A stretch of 55,468 nucleotides of DNA, the filler included, from Stramenopiles sp. TOSAG23-6 (lineage: Eukaryota): NCBI GenBank assembly GCA_900128565.1. It is 4 parts of 4 records of this genome, joined end to end, with 100 filler letters (N's around TTAATTAATTAA, not from the genome) between each part and the next. Parts side by side here need not be neighbours in the genome. Positions count along the whole stretch, not along the records: positions 41,741 to 55,468 come from LT636160.1; 3 more parts are not named here. One strand, written 5' to 3'. The number at the start of each line of letters is the position of its first letter. Position 1 is the stretch's first letter. The translations under genes were made by a program, and so were the position numbers. The notes under the pieces were generated by a model. It saw nothing but the letters and a program-made list of their open reading frames with translations. It had not been told where the DNA came from and made no database searches. This document shows, in pieces, positions 54,501-55,468 of this stretch.

Positions 54501-55468
54501 GAAAAATTGAGATTCAAACTTATGTAATTATCACCCATCTGGCTTAATGCTTCGGTTATAAGAATTGTTTTACCCGTACCAGTATTACCAACAATAAGAG
54601 TTGGTTTGCATTCCTGCATCATGCATTTCATTATATGCACATTACGAACTGTATCGACAGTTGGTACAATAATGTCAAAGAATTTCGCATTTCTAGGAGG
54701 GCGCCATGACTTAGGAATTTTATCGGACCAAAGTTTGAACTCGTTGGATGATGGGACGACATAGTATTCGTATATAGTATGCGCAGGCGGATAATGAGCC
54801 TCAATATCTCGGGTAAATTCGTCAAATTTAGATCGGCCATCATCTCCGACCCCTCCCCCAATGGACCATGTAGCACAGAATGTAAAGACTTTCTCTAATA
54901 CAGAGCTAAACTTATCACCCAATTTAGATTCAGATACCCCACATAGATTCAGATACCCCACGTTTTGAACACGCAAAAACTTCTAGAAGATTGCACAAAG
55001 ACATCACAGCATTAAAGTCAGGAATTGGTACCATATCTTTGCAATTTTCATTTTTAAATTCGAGCATCGGATCGACATATTTATCGAAAAGACTCTCATA
55101 TAATTTTCGTAATTCGGCATTGTCTTTGCACCACCTGTCTAACCAGGAAGTGACATATGGACGCCACCCCAATTCGTCGACATCTAGGTAAATCATACCA
55201 GCGCGACTTACAGTAGCTGGTGAGGCTACATCAAGATCGCGTACCTCGAAGATGAGAGACATCCAATTTGTCATTGCAATACGATCACCGTTAATAAGTG
55301 TTAATGTCTTGTTATCATCCATAACAGTATTCATAGACTCAATCCATAAAGTATCTACTGGTCCATCTAATACTAGCCACTTCTCTTGAGATCGATCATC
55401 GACAGCCTGGCCACGAAATAAGGAAGAAAGTACCCCATCTTGCCACTCCATTGTGGACAGGTCATACG
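48521..55468 (-). CDS. DNAH2: Axonemal dynein heavy chain, DNAH2/I1-beta-like (5' part outside window; frame break at ~54943-54961)
   Basis: LDGPVDTLWIESMN, GNTGTGKT, GVGGSGRQSL, stalk coiled coil and C-terminus FWVKRGTAILLSLAT. Confidence 0.9.

Noticed and set aside
49252-55191. Many short antisense or overlapping ORFs in the ORF track (within dynein, DHX37 and others)
   Set aside because: They are shadows of long conserved genes with no recognisable motifs.

Overview
AT-rich, gene-dense eukaryotic nuclear DNA from a flagellated protist (axonemal dynein, CEP44; probably a stramenopile-like heterotroph, by inference). The window joins four contigs with artificial 100-nt N44-TTAATTAATTAA-N44 linkers, so adjacency across 13877-13976, 27781-27880 and 41641-41740 is not biological. 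It holds about 28 protein genes, mostly housekeeping. The main finding is a repeated family of about 15 short introns (75-191 nt). They start with GT(A) but end in AT (CAT/TAT/AAT) instead of AG. They share a core TTTCGTACGAAATTTTGTACCTAAC and a 3' motif close to GAAATATTTTTCCAAAATACAT, and have short terminal inverted repeats with a frequent AT target duplication. Removing them GT..AT restores conserved motifs in DNAJC3, DHX37, DDX24, SPP, BPHL and a racemase. Ordinary GT-AG introns (RPLP2, a MYND gene) coexist with them. The same core occurs inside a 1.33-kb TIR DNA element at the window start and as solo or exonised copies, suggesting an introner-type mobile intron with a non-canonical GT-AT splice code. 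No RNA evidence is available, so splice sites are inferred from reading frame and protein conservation.
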